In this document: one piece after another, positions 8,102-17,100 of the stretch
Position numbering within the stretch: the stretch's first letter is position 1
Layout of the letters: each line of letters starts with the position of its first letter
DNA from: Limisphaerales bacterium
GTDB lineage: Bacteria; Verrucomicrobiota; Verrucomicrobiia; Limisphaerales; Palsa-1400
Length of the DNA: 64,000 nt
Direction: 5' to 3'
Assembly: GCA_052325505.1 (NCBI GenBank)
Contig: JBKQUS010000097.1
Coordinates: forward strand, 14,066 to 78,065
Notes under the pieces: model-generated
The model's database searches: none
The model's input: the letters and a program-made list of their open reading frames with translations, nothing else
Told to the model about the DNA's origin: nothing
Translations under genes and position numbers: made by a program

Positions 8102-11100
8102 CCCTGCCCCGATTGGAGTCAAATCGGCTCTGCTCATTGGCCGGCATGGCTTTTGTGTTTTTGGCCGTGGCTGGTGGATTTGTCGAAGGCCAAACTCTCA
8201 CCGACTTGGGCGCATCCGCCCCAACCCCGGGGGCAAACGACATTGCCCAATTAAGCACTGTGGACAACCAAACGTTTCCCGATGGTCTGAATTACTATAC
8301 CGACAACCAGAGCAGTCATGGCGCCGGCGAGCCGGGCCAGACCTTCACCACAGGGACCAACTCAGCGGGATACTTACTAACGTCAGTTTCCCTGATGACC
8401 GCCGGATTGGGTTCCGACAGCGGCACCACTACGCCCCAGCCCTATTACCTCCACCTTTATTCGGTGTCCGGCTCCACCGCCACACCGCTGCAAACAAACA
8501 CCTCGGGCAACATCGCCTTCAACGACGGCGACTGGCTGCAATGGAGCGGGCTTTCGGCGCCGCTGGCTGCGAATACAACGTACGCCTGGTCGTTCGGCAA
8601 GGCAGGCTCAACCAGCGGCTGGGAGGCACTCGCCGTTGCCGACGGCAATCCGTACGCCGGAGGCCAGATTGGGCTTTTTTTCCCCTACGGCGGGGCGGTC
8701 ACTTTCGGTAGCAGTGAGGACTTTGACGCGGTTTTCGACTTGGGATTGACGCCTGCAACGACGCCGGGAATCATCCAGATTACCGTGTTGCCGACGAACA
8801 ATGCGCCGGCCGGGACGCTGGTGACCTTCACGGCCAGTGTGACGGGCGCGCGCCCCCTTCACTTTCAATGGCAGTTCAGCAACGGCGGGGGATTCGCCAA
8901 CATCCCCGGTGCCAACACCAACACGCTGGCGCTGACCGCGGCCATCACCAATACCGGTTCCTATGAACTGGTGGTGAGCAACAGTTATGGCGCAACGACC
9001 AGCACTCCGGTTGCCCTGACTGTGACCGGGGTGGTCATCAACCAGCTTACGGTGTCGCCAGCAAACGACGTGCTTGTCGGGACGCCGGTGACCTTCACGG
9101 CCAGCGTGACGGGCACGCAGCCCCTTTACTTCCAATGGCGGTTCAGCAACGGCGGGGGATACACCAGCATCTCCGGGGCCAACACCAACACGCTGGCGCT
9201 GACCGCGGCCATCACCAATACCGGTTCCTATGAACTGGTGGTGAGCAACAGTTATGGCACGGCGACCAGCGCTCCGGTCGCGCTTTCGGTGACGCTCGAC
9301 ACGAATCCACCGGTGGTTGTGAGCGGCTACAACATAGGCACAACGAATGTGGAAGTGGACTTTTCCAAATTACTAAACGCGGCCAGCGCCACGAATCTGG
9401 CGAATTATGTTTTCAGCGATGGGCTTGCCATCACTGCGGCCTCTCTCGCCGCCAACGGCTCGTCGGTCATCCTCGGCACGGCGCCGCAGGTCTATGGCAG
9501 CAACTACACGCTCGTCATCAATGGCATTCTTGATCAGGTGAATCCGCCCAACAGGATTGCCCCGAACACGCTGGTTGGTTTGACCGCCTCTCCCCGCCAG
9601 CGGATTTTGTTGGACGCCGGCTGGCGTTTTGAATTGGGTGATCCACCGGATGTCCTGACCAATTCCGCGGAAACCAACGTCACCTACTATCCCGAAATCC
9701 CCGATCTGGCCAAGCTGGATTTCACTGAAATAGGCTCCGCCACAAACACTTCCTCCGAATCCTACATGGAGACCATCCGGATTGACCCGATTGCCACGCA
9801 GATGGGGCAGAATGTCTCATTTGTCCAGACCAACTACAACGACAGCGCTTGGCGTGAACTCAACCTGCCACACGACTGGGTGGTGGAATTGCCGTTCAGT
9901 CCCAGCGCGGACGGCGGACATGGTTTCAAATCCGGAATGAGCGGAGGGACCAGCTCGAACACCATTGCCTGGTATCGACATACGTTCACCCTGCCGGCGA
10001 GTGACGCCGGTCAGGCGCTGTGGCTGGAATTTGATGGAGTGTATCGCAATTGCCTTGTCTGGTTGAACGGACACATCCTGGGGCGGAACGTCAGCGGCTA
10101 CTCGAGTTTTTATTTTGATGTCACCCAATACGCCAATCCCGGCGGGACCAATGTGCTGGTGGTGCGGGTGGATGCCAGCCGGTTCGAGGGCTGGTTCTAT
10201 GAAGGAGCCGGCATTTACCGGCATGTCTGGCTGACGACGGAGAATCCCGTGCATGTCGCGGAATGGGGAACTTATGTGGCGACAACCTCGCTGTCGGGTT
10301 CCAATGCCGCCATCACCATTCAAACCGACGTCACCAACGAAAGCGGGACGGCGACAGCGAGCGGCAGTTTGACTTCGACGATTTTGGATGCCAACAGCAA
10401 TGCGGTTGCCACCATTACCTCGGCGTTGAGCGTGCCAGCCGGCCAGGATTTGGTCGTGACACAGACGTTGACGTTGACGGCAAACCTGTGGTCCCTGCAA
10501 ACGCCCTACCTTTACAATCTGGCCAGCACGATCAGTAACAAGAATGCGGTGGCGGACATTTACAACACGCCGTTTGGCGTGCGGACGGTTTCGATTGATG
10601 CAGTCAACGGTGTTTACATCAATGGGCAGCATGTGGAGATCCAGGGGATGTGCAACCATCAGGACATGGCCGGGGTCGGCTCCGCCCTGCCCGACCGGCT
10701 GCAATATTACCGCATCGAGCGGCTCAAAGAGATGGGCGTGACGGGTTGTCGCACCTCGCATAACGAGCCAACCGCGGAGTTTCTCAACGCCTGCGACCAG
10801 TTGGGAATGCTGGTGCTGGATGAAAACCGCCGTTTGGGAACCAATGCGGAACCGCTGGGCGAACTGAGCCGTCAAATCCGGCGTGACCGGAATCATCCAT
10901 CGGTGTTCATGTGGTCGCTCTGCAACGAGGAACCCCTCCAAACCACCGACGCCGGCGCTTCCATCATACAGGTGATGCAAAACCTGGTCCATTCATTGGA
11001 TTCAACGCGCCTCTGCACCGCCGCTCTGAATGATTGGGAAGTTGGCTTTAGCTTGGTGCTGGATGTCAACGGCTTCAATTATCAACTGGGCCAACAGGAC

Positions 11101-13656
11101 ACATTCCACACTAACTACCCGGACTGGCCCATCATCGGCACGGAAACAAGCAGTGCGATCACCGATCGCGGGGTTTATACGAACGACACGGTCAACGGCT
11201 ACGTCTGGGGCTATGACAACAGCGTGGTAAGCTGGGGCGAGACGGCCGAAGCTTGGTGGTCTTATTACGATGCGCGTCCGTGGTCTTCCGGCGGGTTCTC
11301 TTGGACGGGTTTTGATTATCGCGGCGAGCCGACGCCCTACGGCTGGCCCTGCATCAACTCGCATTTTGGCACAGTAGATACGTGCGGTTTTCCGAAGGAT
11401 AATTTCTATTACTACCAGGCGAACTGGACGTTCAAGCCCGTGCTGCATCTCTTTCCCCACTGGAACTGGTCCACACTTGGCCAGGCCATCAATATCTGGG
11501 CGTTCGGCAATTGCCAGGAAGTGGAGTTATTTACCAATGGCGTCAGTTTGGGACGGCAATCGCTCAATGTTCAGGGCCACGTCGAATGGGACAATGTGCC
11601 GTATGCGCCGGGAACAATCCAGGCCATTGGCTATGACAATAGCGAGGCCGTCATGACGAACACGGTGTCAACCACAGGCGCGCCCGCTGCCATTGCGCTC
11701 TGGCCGGATCGCAGCACCATTCTGGCCGACGGCAGGGATGTTTCCGTGGTGACCGTGGCCGTCCTGGATGCAGAGGGAAATATCGTGCCCACGGCCAGCA
11801 ATACTGTAACCTTTGCTGTCAGCACCGGCGGCTCCATTCTTGGGGTTGGCAACGGCGATCCCAGTTGTCACCAAGCGGACAAGGGAAGCAGTCAGCGCTC
11901 CGTCTTCAACGGATTGGCCGAGGTCATCGTCCAATCCACCAATGCGCCTGGATTCATCAACCTCACCGCGTCTGCACTCGGATTGACCCCGACCACTATC
12001 ACCATCACGGAAGCAGTCACGTTGCCGCCGCCCGCCGCTCCCTCAGGAGTGGCAGCCGTCGGAGGGAACGGGGAGGTGACAGTCACTTGGGATGTCGTGC
12101 CGGGCGCCACCACCTACAACCTGTGGCGGGCCACGACCAGCGGCGGACCCTACAAGCTCCTTGCCGGAAACATCGGGAGCGTGAACTTGGGTTACACCGA
12201 CAGCACTGTCACCAACCTGTCAACGTATTATTATGTGGTGACAGCCAACGGGAACGGCACCAGTGTCGATTCGACGGAAGTCGGCGCCACGCCGGCTGCC
12301 TTCGTCACCGGCCTGACGGCCATAGGGACCAACAGGCAGATTGTATTAATTTGGAACGGCTTGGCCGGCGCTGATTATAACGTGAAACGTTCCCTCGTTA
12401 CTGGAGGCCCTTATACCACCATCGCTTCGGCGTTCGCCGGCACCAATTACACCGACTCCAGTGTGCAATCGTGCCAGAACTATTTCTACGTCGTCACAGT
12501 CACCAATGCTGGCGATGAAGGTCCGCCCTCAGCCGAGGCCAACGCTACAGTGCCGGGAGGTGCGCCGCCTTCACCCTGGCTCCACAGGGACATTGGCTCG
12601 GTCGGGTTCCCGGGCAGTGTTACGTACTGCGGCGGCCAATTCACCGTCTCCGGTTCAGGCACCGACATCTGGGGCACCATTGACGCGTTCCAGTATGTTT
12701 ATGTCTATGTCACCAACGGCACCACTTGTGACGTTCGCGCCTATGTGGGCAGCGTTGGGGACACGGATCAGCACGCCAAGGCGGCGGTGATGATCCGCGA
12801 GTCGCTTTCCGCGAGTTCCACCCATGCGTTGGTGGATGTGGAATCCAGCGCTGGAATGGAGTTCCTGTGGCGTCCCGGCACCGGCGCTTCGACCAGCTCT
12901 TCCACCACTTCCGGGTCGGCTCCAAACTGGGTGCGGCTGACGCGCACCAACACCACCTTCACTGGTTATAGTTCACCCGACGGCAATACTTGGACGCAGT
13001 TCGGCACTACCAGCATCACGATGTCCAACGGGGCCTATGTCGGACTGGCCGTATGCGCGCATAACAATTCCGATATCAACACCTCCGTGTTTGACTACGT
13101 CAGCGGGGGTTCCCTGCCGGTTGTGACCGCGCCGACGCTGGCGCCGATCGCCAATCAGACCGTCAATGCAGGTCAGACCGTTGCCATCACTGCCGTTGCC
13201 TCGGACACTAACTTACCGACGCCGGCACTGGACTTCAGTCTGCCCGTCGCCCCGGCTGGCGCAACGCTGACTCAAGTCAACAACACCAACGCCGCCTTCA
13301 ACTGGCGGCCATTGATTTCGCAAGCCAATTCCACCAACACCGTCTCGATCCAGGTGGCGGAGAGCGGCAGCCCGCTTTTGAGCGCGACCCGGAATTTCTC
13401 CGTGGCAGTGAATCCGATCACATTGCCGACACTGTCAGCGTCCGCCGCGAGTTTTTCAAATGGACGATTCACGCTGACCGTCAGCGGCATGGTTGGACCT
13501 GACTATGCGGTGGAGTATTCCACCAATCTCATGAGCTGGAGCATGGTCTTTGAGACCAATTCGCCGCCGTTGCCCTTTACCTGGGTGGATACAAATGCGA
13601 GTTTGACGAATCCGGCTTCCTACTATCGGGTATTACTTGGTTCTCCGCTGCCATGA
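8098..13656 (+). CDS. Giant secreted multidomain glycoside hydrolase family 2 protein (N-terminal 160-aa module, 2 tandem Ig-like repeats, SbsA/Big-like domain, GH2 sugar-binding + TIM barrel, Ig-like, 2x FN3, jelly-roll/ConA-like domain, cadherin/Ig-like C-terminal domains)
   Basis: GH2 motifs are WRELNLPHDW, AWYRHTFTLP, LEFDGVYRNCLVWLNGHILG and EGAGIYRHVWL. The acid/base region is NHPSVFMWSLCNEE (~10889-10932), and the nucleophile region is likely PIIGTETSS. FN3-like segments include GEVTVTWDVVPGATTYNLWRATTSGGPY. The start is uncertain: GTG 8098 gives [31 protein letters not shown], and ATG 8146 is the alternative. The track start at 7918 is rejected. Confidence 0.9.
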   Translation: MTLPRLESNRLCSLAGMAFVFLAVAGGFVEGQTLTDLGASAPTPGANDIAQLSTVDNQTFPDGLNYYTDNQSSHGAGEPGQTFTTGTNSAGYLLTSVSLMTAGLGSDSGTTTPQPYYLHLYSVSGSTATPLQTNTSGNIAFNDGDWLQWSGLSAPLAANTTYAWSFGKAGSTSGWEALAVADGNPYAGGQIGLFFPYGGAVTFGSSEDFDAVFDLGLTPATTPGIIQITVLPTNNAPAGTLVTFTASVTGARPLHFQWQFSNGGGFANIPGANTNTLALTAAITNTGSYELVVSNSYGATTSTPVALTVTGVVINQLTVSPANDVLVGTPVTFTASVTGTQPLYFQWRFSNGGGYTSISGANTNTLALTAAITNTGSYELVVSNSYGTATSAPVALSVTLDTNPPVVVSGYNIGTTNVEVDFSKLLNAASATNLANYVFSDGLAITAASLAANGSSVILGTAPQVYGSNYTLVINGILDQVNPPNRIAPNTLVGLTASPRQRILLDAGWRFELGDPPDVLTNSAETNVTYYPEIPDLAKLDFTEIGSATNTSSESYMETIRIDPIATQMGQNVSFVQTNYNDSAWRELNLPHDWVVELPFSPSADGGHGFKSGMSGGTSSNTIAWYRHTFTLPASDAGQALWLEFDGVYRNCLVWLNGHILGRNVSGYSSFYFDVTQYANPGGTNVLVVRVDASRFEGWFYEGAGIYRHVWLTTENPVHVAEWGTYVATTSLSGSNAAITIQTDVTNESGTATASGSLTSTILDANSNAVATITSALSVPAGQDLVVTQTLTLTANLWSLQTPYLYNLASTISNKNAVADIYNTPFGVRTVSIDAVNGVYINGQHVEIQGMCNHQDMAGVGSALPDRLQYYRIERLKEMGVTGCRTSHNEPTAEFLNACDQLGMLVLDENRRLGTNAEPLGELSRQIRRDRNHPSVFMWSLCNEEPLQTTDAGASIIQVMQNLVHSLDSTRLCTAALNDWEVGFSLVLDVNGFNYQLGQQDTFHTNYPDWPIIGTETSSAITDRGVYTNDTVNGYVWGYDNSVVSWGETAEAWWSYYDARPWSSGGFSWTGFDYRGEPTPYGWPCINSHFGTVDTCGFPKDNFYYYQANWTFKPVLHLFPHWNWSTLGQAINIWAFGNCQEVELFTNGVSLGRQSLNVQGHVEWDNVPYAPGTIQAIGYDNSEAVMTNTVSTTGAPAAIALWPDRSTILADGRDVSVVTVAVLDAEGNIVPTASNTVTFAVSTGGSILGVGNGDPSCHQADKGSSQRSVFNGLAEVIVQSTNAPGFINLTASALGLTPTTITITEAVTLPPPAAPSGVAAVGGNGEVTVTWDVVPGATTYNLWRATTSGGPYKLLAGNIGSVNLGYTDSTVTNLSTYYYVVTANGNGTSVDSTEVGATPAAFVTGLTAIGTNRQIVLIWNGLAGADYNVKRSLVTGGPYTTIASAFAGTNYTDSSVQSCQNYFYVVTVTNAGDEGPPSAEANATVPGGAPPSPWLHRDIGSVGFPGSVTYCGGQFTVSGSGTDIWGTIDAFQYVYVYVTNGTTCDVRAYVGSVGDTDQHAKAAVMIRESLSASSTHALVDVESSAGMEFLWRPGTGASTSSSTTSGSAPNWVRLTRTNTTFTGYSSPDGNTWTQFGTTSITMSNGAYVGLAVCAHNNSDINTSVFDYVSGGSLPVVTAPTLAPIANQTVNAGQTVAITAVASDTNLPTPALDFSLPVAPAGATLTQVNNTNAAFNWRPLISQANSTNTVSIQVAESGSPLLSATRNFSVAVNPITLPTLSASAASFSNGRFTLTVSGMVGPDYAVEYSTNLMSWSMVFETNSPPLPFTWVDTNASLTNPASYYRVLLGSPLP
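8791..9297 (+). repeat. Tandem 267-nt (89-codon) Ig-like repeat inside the GH2 gene
   Basis: Unit 1 starts at 8791 and unit 2 at 9058. The protein units are ...GTLVTFTASVTGARPLHFQWQFSNGGG... and ...GTPVTFTASVTGTQPLYFQWRFSNGGG.... An 81-nt tract is perfectly identical (8911-8991 = 9178-9258). Confidence 0.9.
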
Positions 13657-14117
13657 AATGTGATCATCGAGATCTCCTCGTGAATTTTGACGACTTGTCC
13701 ATCTGGAGGCTTTTGTCAGAAGATGGGCCGATGAAGATTCCTGTGGAGATGCCCAATGATTTTGAATGCTTCAGATTGCGAAGCCGGTTCGTAAGCGCAA
13801 GCGATGGATTTGCCATCAACACCATGAACACCGAGGCCTTGACCCATGCCCTGACTTTCTGCTGCTTCAGGGACGATTGTCCGTCAAAGGATCTGGAATC
13901 AGCCGTTTACGGCGAAGTCATCGCCCGCCCGCCGCACATCATTCCACGGGAGATGGGACAACGCGTTGGTTTTCGGGGACGCTCACCGGACTCGAGACCT
14001 TCAATTCGACGGAGTGCTCACCGTGGTCATCCACCAGGGGCACTGTTTCCGAGACAAGTTCGTTTCCATCGAGAAGGAGTTGGTTCGAGACGGCCCAATC
14101 CGCGGCAAGCCGCGTAA
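13653..14117 (+). CDS. Hypothetical small ORF, paralogue of 7808-8101; true 3' end doubtful
   Basis: Its ATG (13653) overlaps the TGA of the GH2 gene as ATGA. Its N-terminus MKCDHR parallels MTCHNR in the other ORF. The conserved block [34 protein letters not shown] is present. Beyond about 13930 the ORF is unconserved and overlaps the 3' end of the convergent glucan synthase gene by 179 nt. Confidence 0.25.
   Translation: MKCDHRDLLVNFDDLSIWRLLSEDGPMKIPVEMPNDFECFRLRSRFVSASDGFAINTMNTEALTHALTFCCFRDDCPSKDLESAVYGEVIARPPHIIPREMGQRVGFRGRSPDSRPSIRRSAHRGHPPGALFPRQVRFHREGVGSRRPNPRQAA
13801..13930 (+). repeat. Conserved element copy 2 (direct repeat of 7911-8040)
   Basis: See copy 1. It lies between the convergent stops of the GH2 gene (13656) and the glucan synthase gene (13939). 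Confidence 0.85.
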
Positions 14118-17100
14118 TAGTGATGTGATAAACGGTCTGCCGGTAACGGTAGTGGATTTTATAGGTTGTCCAGCTTTTTGGAAGGCGAGGAGTCAGACGC
14201 AGTTGATCCCCCTCGAGGTTCACACCCAGCAATGTTTCGATGAGCAGCCGATACATCCAGCCGGCGGATCCGGTGTACCATGTCCACCCGCCCCGGCCCG
14301 TATGCGGGGCCACGGCATAAATATCCGCGGCGATGACGTAAGGTTCCACCTTGTAGGTGGCAATTTGTTTGGGCGTTGCGCTGTGGGAGACGGGATTAAG
14401 CAGCGTAAACAGCTCCCACGCACGGTCGTTTTCACCGATGAGGGCAAAGGCCATTGCGGTCCAAACCCCGGCGTGGGTGTATTGGCCGCCGTTCTCCCGC
14501 ACACCCGGAATGTAGCCTTTGATGTAGCCGGGGTTGAGGGAGGATTTGTCAAAAGGCGGATCGAATAACTGGATCAATTCGGCCTCGGGGCGGACGAGGC
14601 GCTGCTCAACGGCGTTCATCGCCTGAGCGGAACGCTGCGGATCGCCGGCGCCGCTGATCACCGACCAGGTTTGCGGTATGGAATCAATTTGGCATTCCGG
14701 GTTGGTCTGGGAGCCGAGCGGTTCACCGTTGTCGAAGTAGGCGCGGCGATACCATTGCCCATCCCAGGCATGTTGCTCAATGTTCTGTTGCAGTTGCTGC
14801 GCTTGAGTAACGCAGCGGTCGGCAAAATGGACATCGTTACGCGAGCGCGCCAAACCGGCAAACTGTGTGAGCACATCGTGCAGGAAGAAAGCCAGCCACA
14901 CACTTTCGCCGCGTCCGTCTTTTCCAACCAGGTTCATGCCGTCATTCCAATCGCCGCAACCCATCAGCGGCAGGCCGTGTGCGCCAAATTTGAGTCCGCG
15001 CTCGATGGCGCGCACGCAATGTTGGTAAAGCGTGGCCGATTCTTCGGAGCGATTTGGCAAATCATAGTAAGACTCCTCCTCCGGTTTGACCGGTCGGGCT
15101 TCCAGGAAGGAAACCTTTTCGTCAAGCACGCCGGTGTCCGCCACACACGAAACGTAACGGCAGGTGACGTAAGGCAACCACAAATAGTCATCAGAACAAT
15201 GTGTCCTCACGCCGCGTCCCACCGGTGGATGCCACCAATGCTGCACATCGCCTTCCCGGAATTGACGCGCGGCCGCGCGGAGCAATTGCTCGCGGGTGAG
15301 CGCAGGCTCGGCATGCACCAGCGCCATCACATCCTGCAACTGGTCGCGGAATCCGTATGCGCCGCCGGATTGGTAAAAACCGGTCCGGCCCCAGAGACGG
15401 CAACTCAAGGTCTGATACAAAAGCCAGCCGTTGGCCATCACATTTACGGATGGATCGGGCGTGTCCACGTTCACCGCGCCGAGGGTTCGATTCCAATAGG
15501 TCCATACGCCTTCGAGCGCGACGCGGCTGGCCTCCACACCCCGATAGCGTTGGATCAGCTTTTGCACGTCGGCCGGATTGCGGCCAACACCGAGACGAAA
15601 ACTCGTTTCCCGCTCCTGACCGTCCGCCAAATCGAAGGTGACTTGCATCGCGCCGCATGGATCGAGACCCGCGCCGACTTTGCCGGAGAGGCGGGCGCGC
15701 TTCAGCGCCGCCGGACGTGACAAGCTTCCGTTTCGTCCAATGAACTCCTTCCGATCTCCAGTGAGGGTGCGCGTTGAGTCGTTCACGTCAAGGAACGCGA
15801 TGCGTTCGGGGAATTCGGTGTTATAGTAATTGCGCGCCAACAGCGCGCCCGTCTTGAGGTCAACTTCGGTTTGCACATGCAGAAGGTTATTGTGCCGCAA
15901 GTCACCCATGACCCATTCCGCGTAACTCGTGACGGACAAGCTTCGTGGCCGCCCCGAAAGGTTGCGCAATTTTAAAACTGTGAATTTGACAGGGGCGTCC
16001 ATCGCCACATAGACCCATAACTCGGAGGCAATGCCGTTTTCGGTATGCTCGAACACGGTGTAGCCAAAGCCATGACGAATGACATGGGGTGTGGCGCCGC
16101 GCGCAGGCAATGGCGTGGGCGACCAAAACTGTCCGGTCTGATCATCGCGAATGTAAAATGCCTCGCCTGTAGTGTCCTGGACGGGATCGTCGCTCCAGGG
16201 TGTCAGTCGAAATTCATGAGAATTCTCCACCCAGGTGTAAGCAGCGCCACTCTCGGAAATAACCGTCCCGAAAAAGGGATTGGCCAGCACATTGGCCCAT
16301 GGCGCCGGCGTCATCTGGCCGGGCTGAAGCGTGATGACATATTCGTGACCGTCGCGGGTAAAGCCGCCAAAGCCATTTGAAAAATTCAACTCGCGTTGCG
16401 GGAGAGGCTCGGGCCGGTCGGCGGATCCCGAACGGGTCGGCGTCAGGGCTGGGATCCAGGGATCCAAAACGCTCCGATGTTCCAGTTGCTCGCTCAAAGT
16501 TCCCTTTTCATCATCCAGTACAATTCGAGCCGCGGATTGAAGCAGCACCCGGTCATCGTTGGGAATTTGTTCGAGGCGCCGGACGAAGATGCCGCCGGGC
16601 TTGTCCAGCATTTGCGCTTCAATGCCGGACGAGATCAGGCCTGTGATGCGGTCGTGCAAGGACTGGCGGTAAACTGAAACGTCCTCGTTCACAATGACGA
16701 GATCAACGGTCAGCCCCTTCATGCGCCAATAGGAATGCGCCTGGATAAGCTGCCGGACGATTTCGATTCTTTCCGTGTCGCTGATGCGGACTAGGACAAT
16801 CGGCGCGTCGCCGGAGATGCCATAGCTCCAAAGGCCGCTTTGGCCGCGCCGGTTGTTGCGCAGCAGCCCGGGGCTGGCCCGGCGGGCGGGGTCGGCATAA
16901 ATCAACGCGCTGGCCAGCCGTCCATAAAGCTGGGCTTCCGCCTCCGTGGCATTGATCTGGCGCAAAGTCACCTGACTATGGGTCCAGGCCAGATCGAAGA
17001 TGCGGTCAGCCATGCGGGCGCTTTGATATTTCTCTACATACGCCAGCGCCGCTTCCCGGTTTTCTGTCACACCAAGAACCAGATCGATCACGGCGGTCTC

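Noticed and set aside
8791-9297. Diversity-generating retroelement TR/VR pair
   Set aside because: Both units are in-frame tandem domains of the same gene. The differences are not adenine-specific, and no reverse transcriptase is nearby.
9817-10992. 391-aa ORF antisense to the GH2 gene (and similar shadow ORFs at 14671-15720, 21110-22021, 21592-22428)
   Set aside because: These are antisense to strongly supported genes, Arg/Pro/Gly/His-rich and without recognisable motifs. They are typical stop-poor shadow frames of GC-rich DNA.
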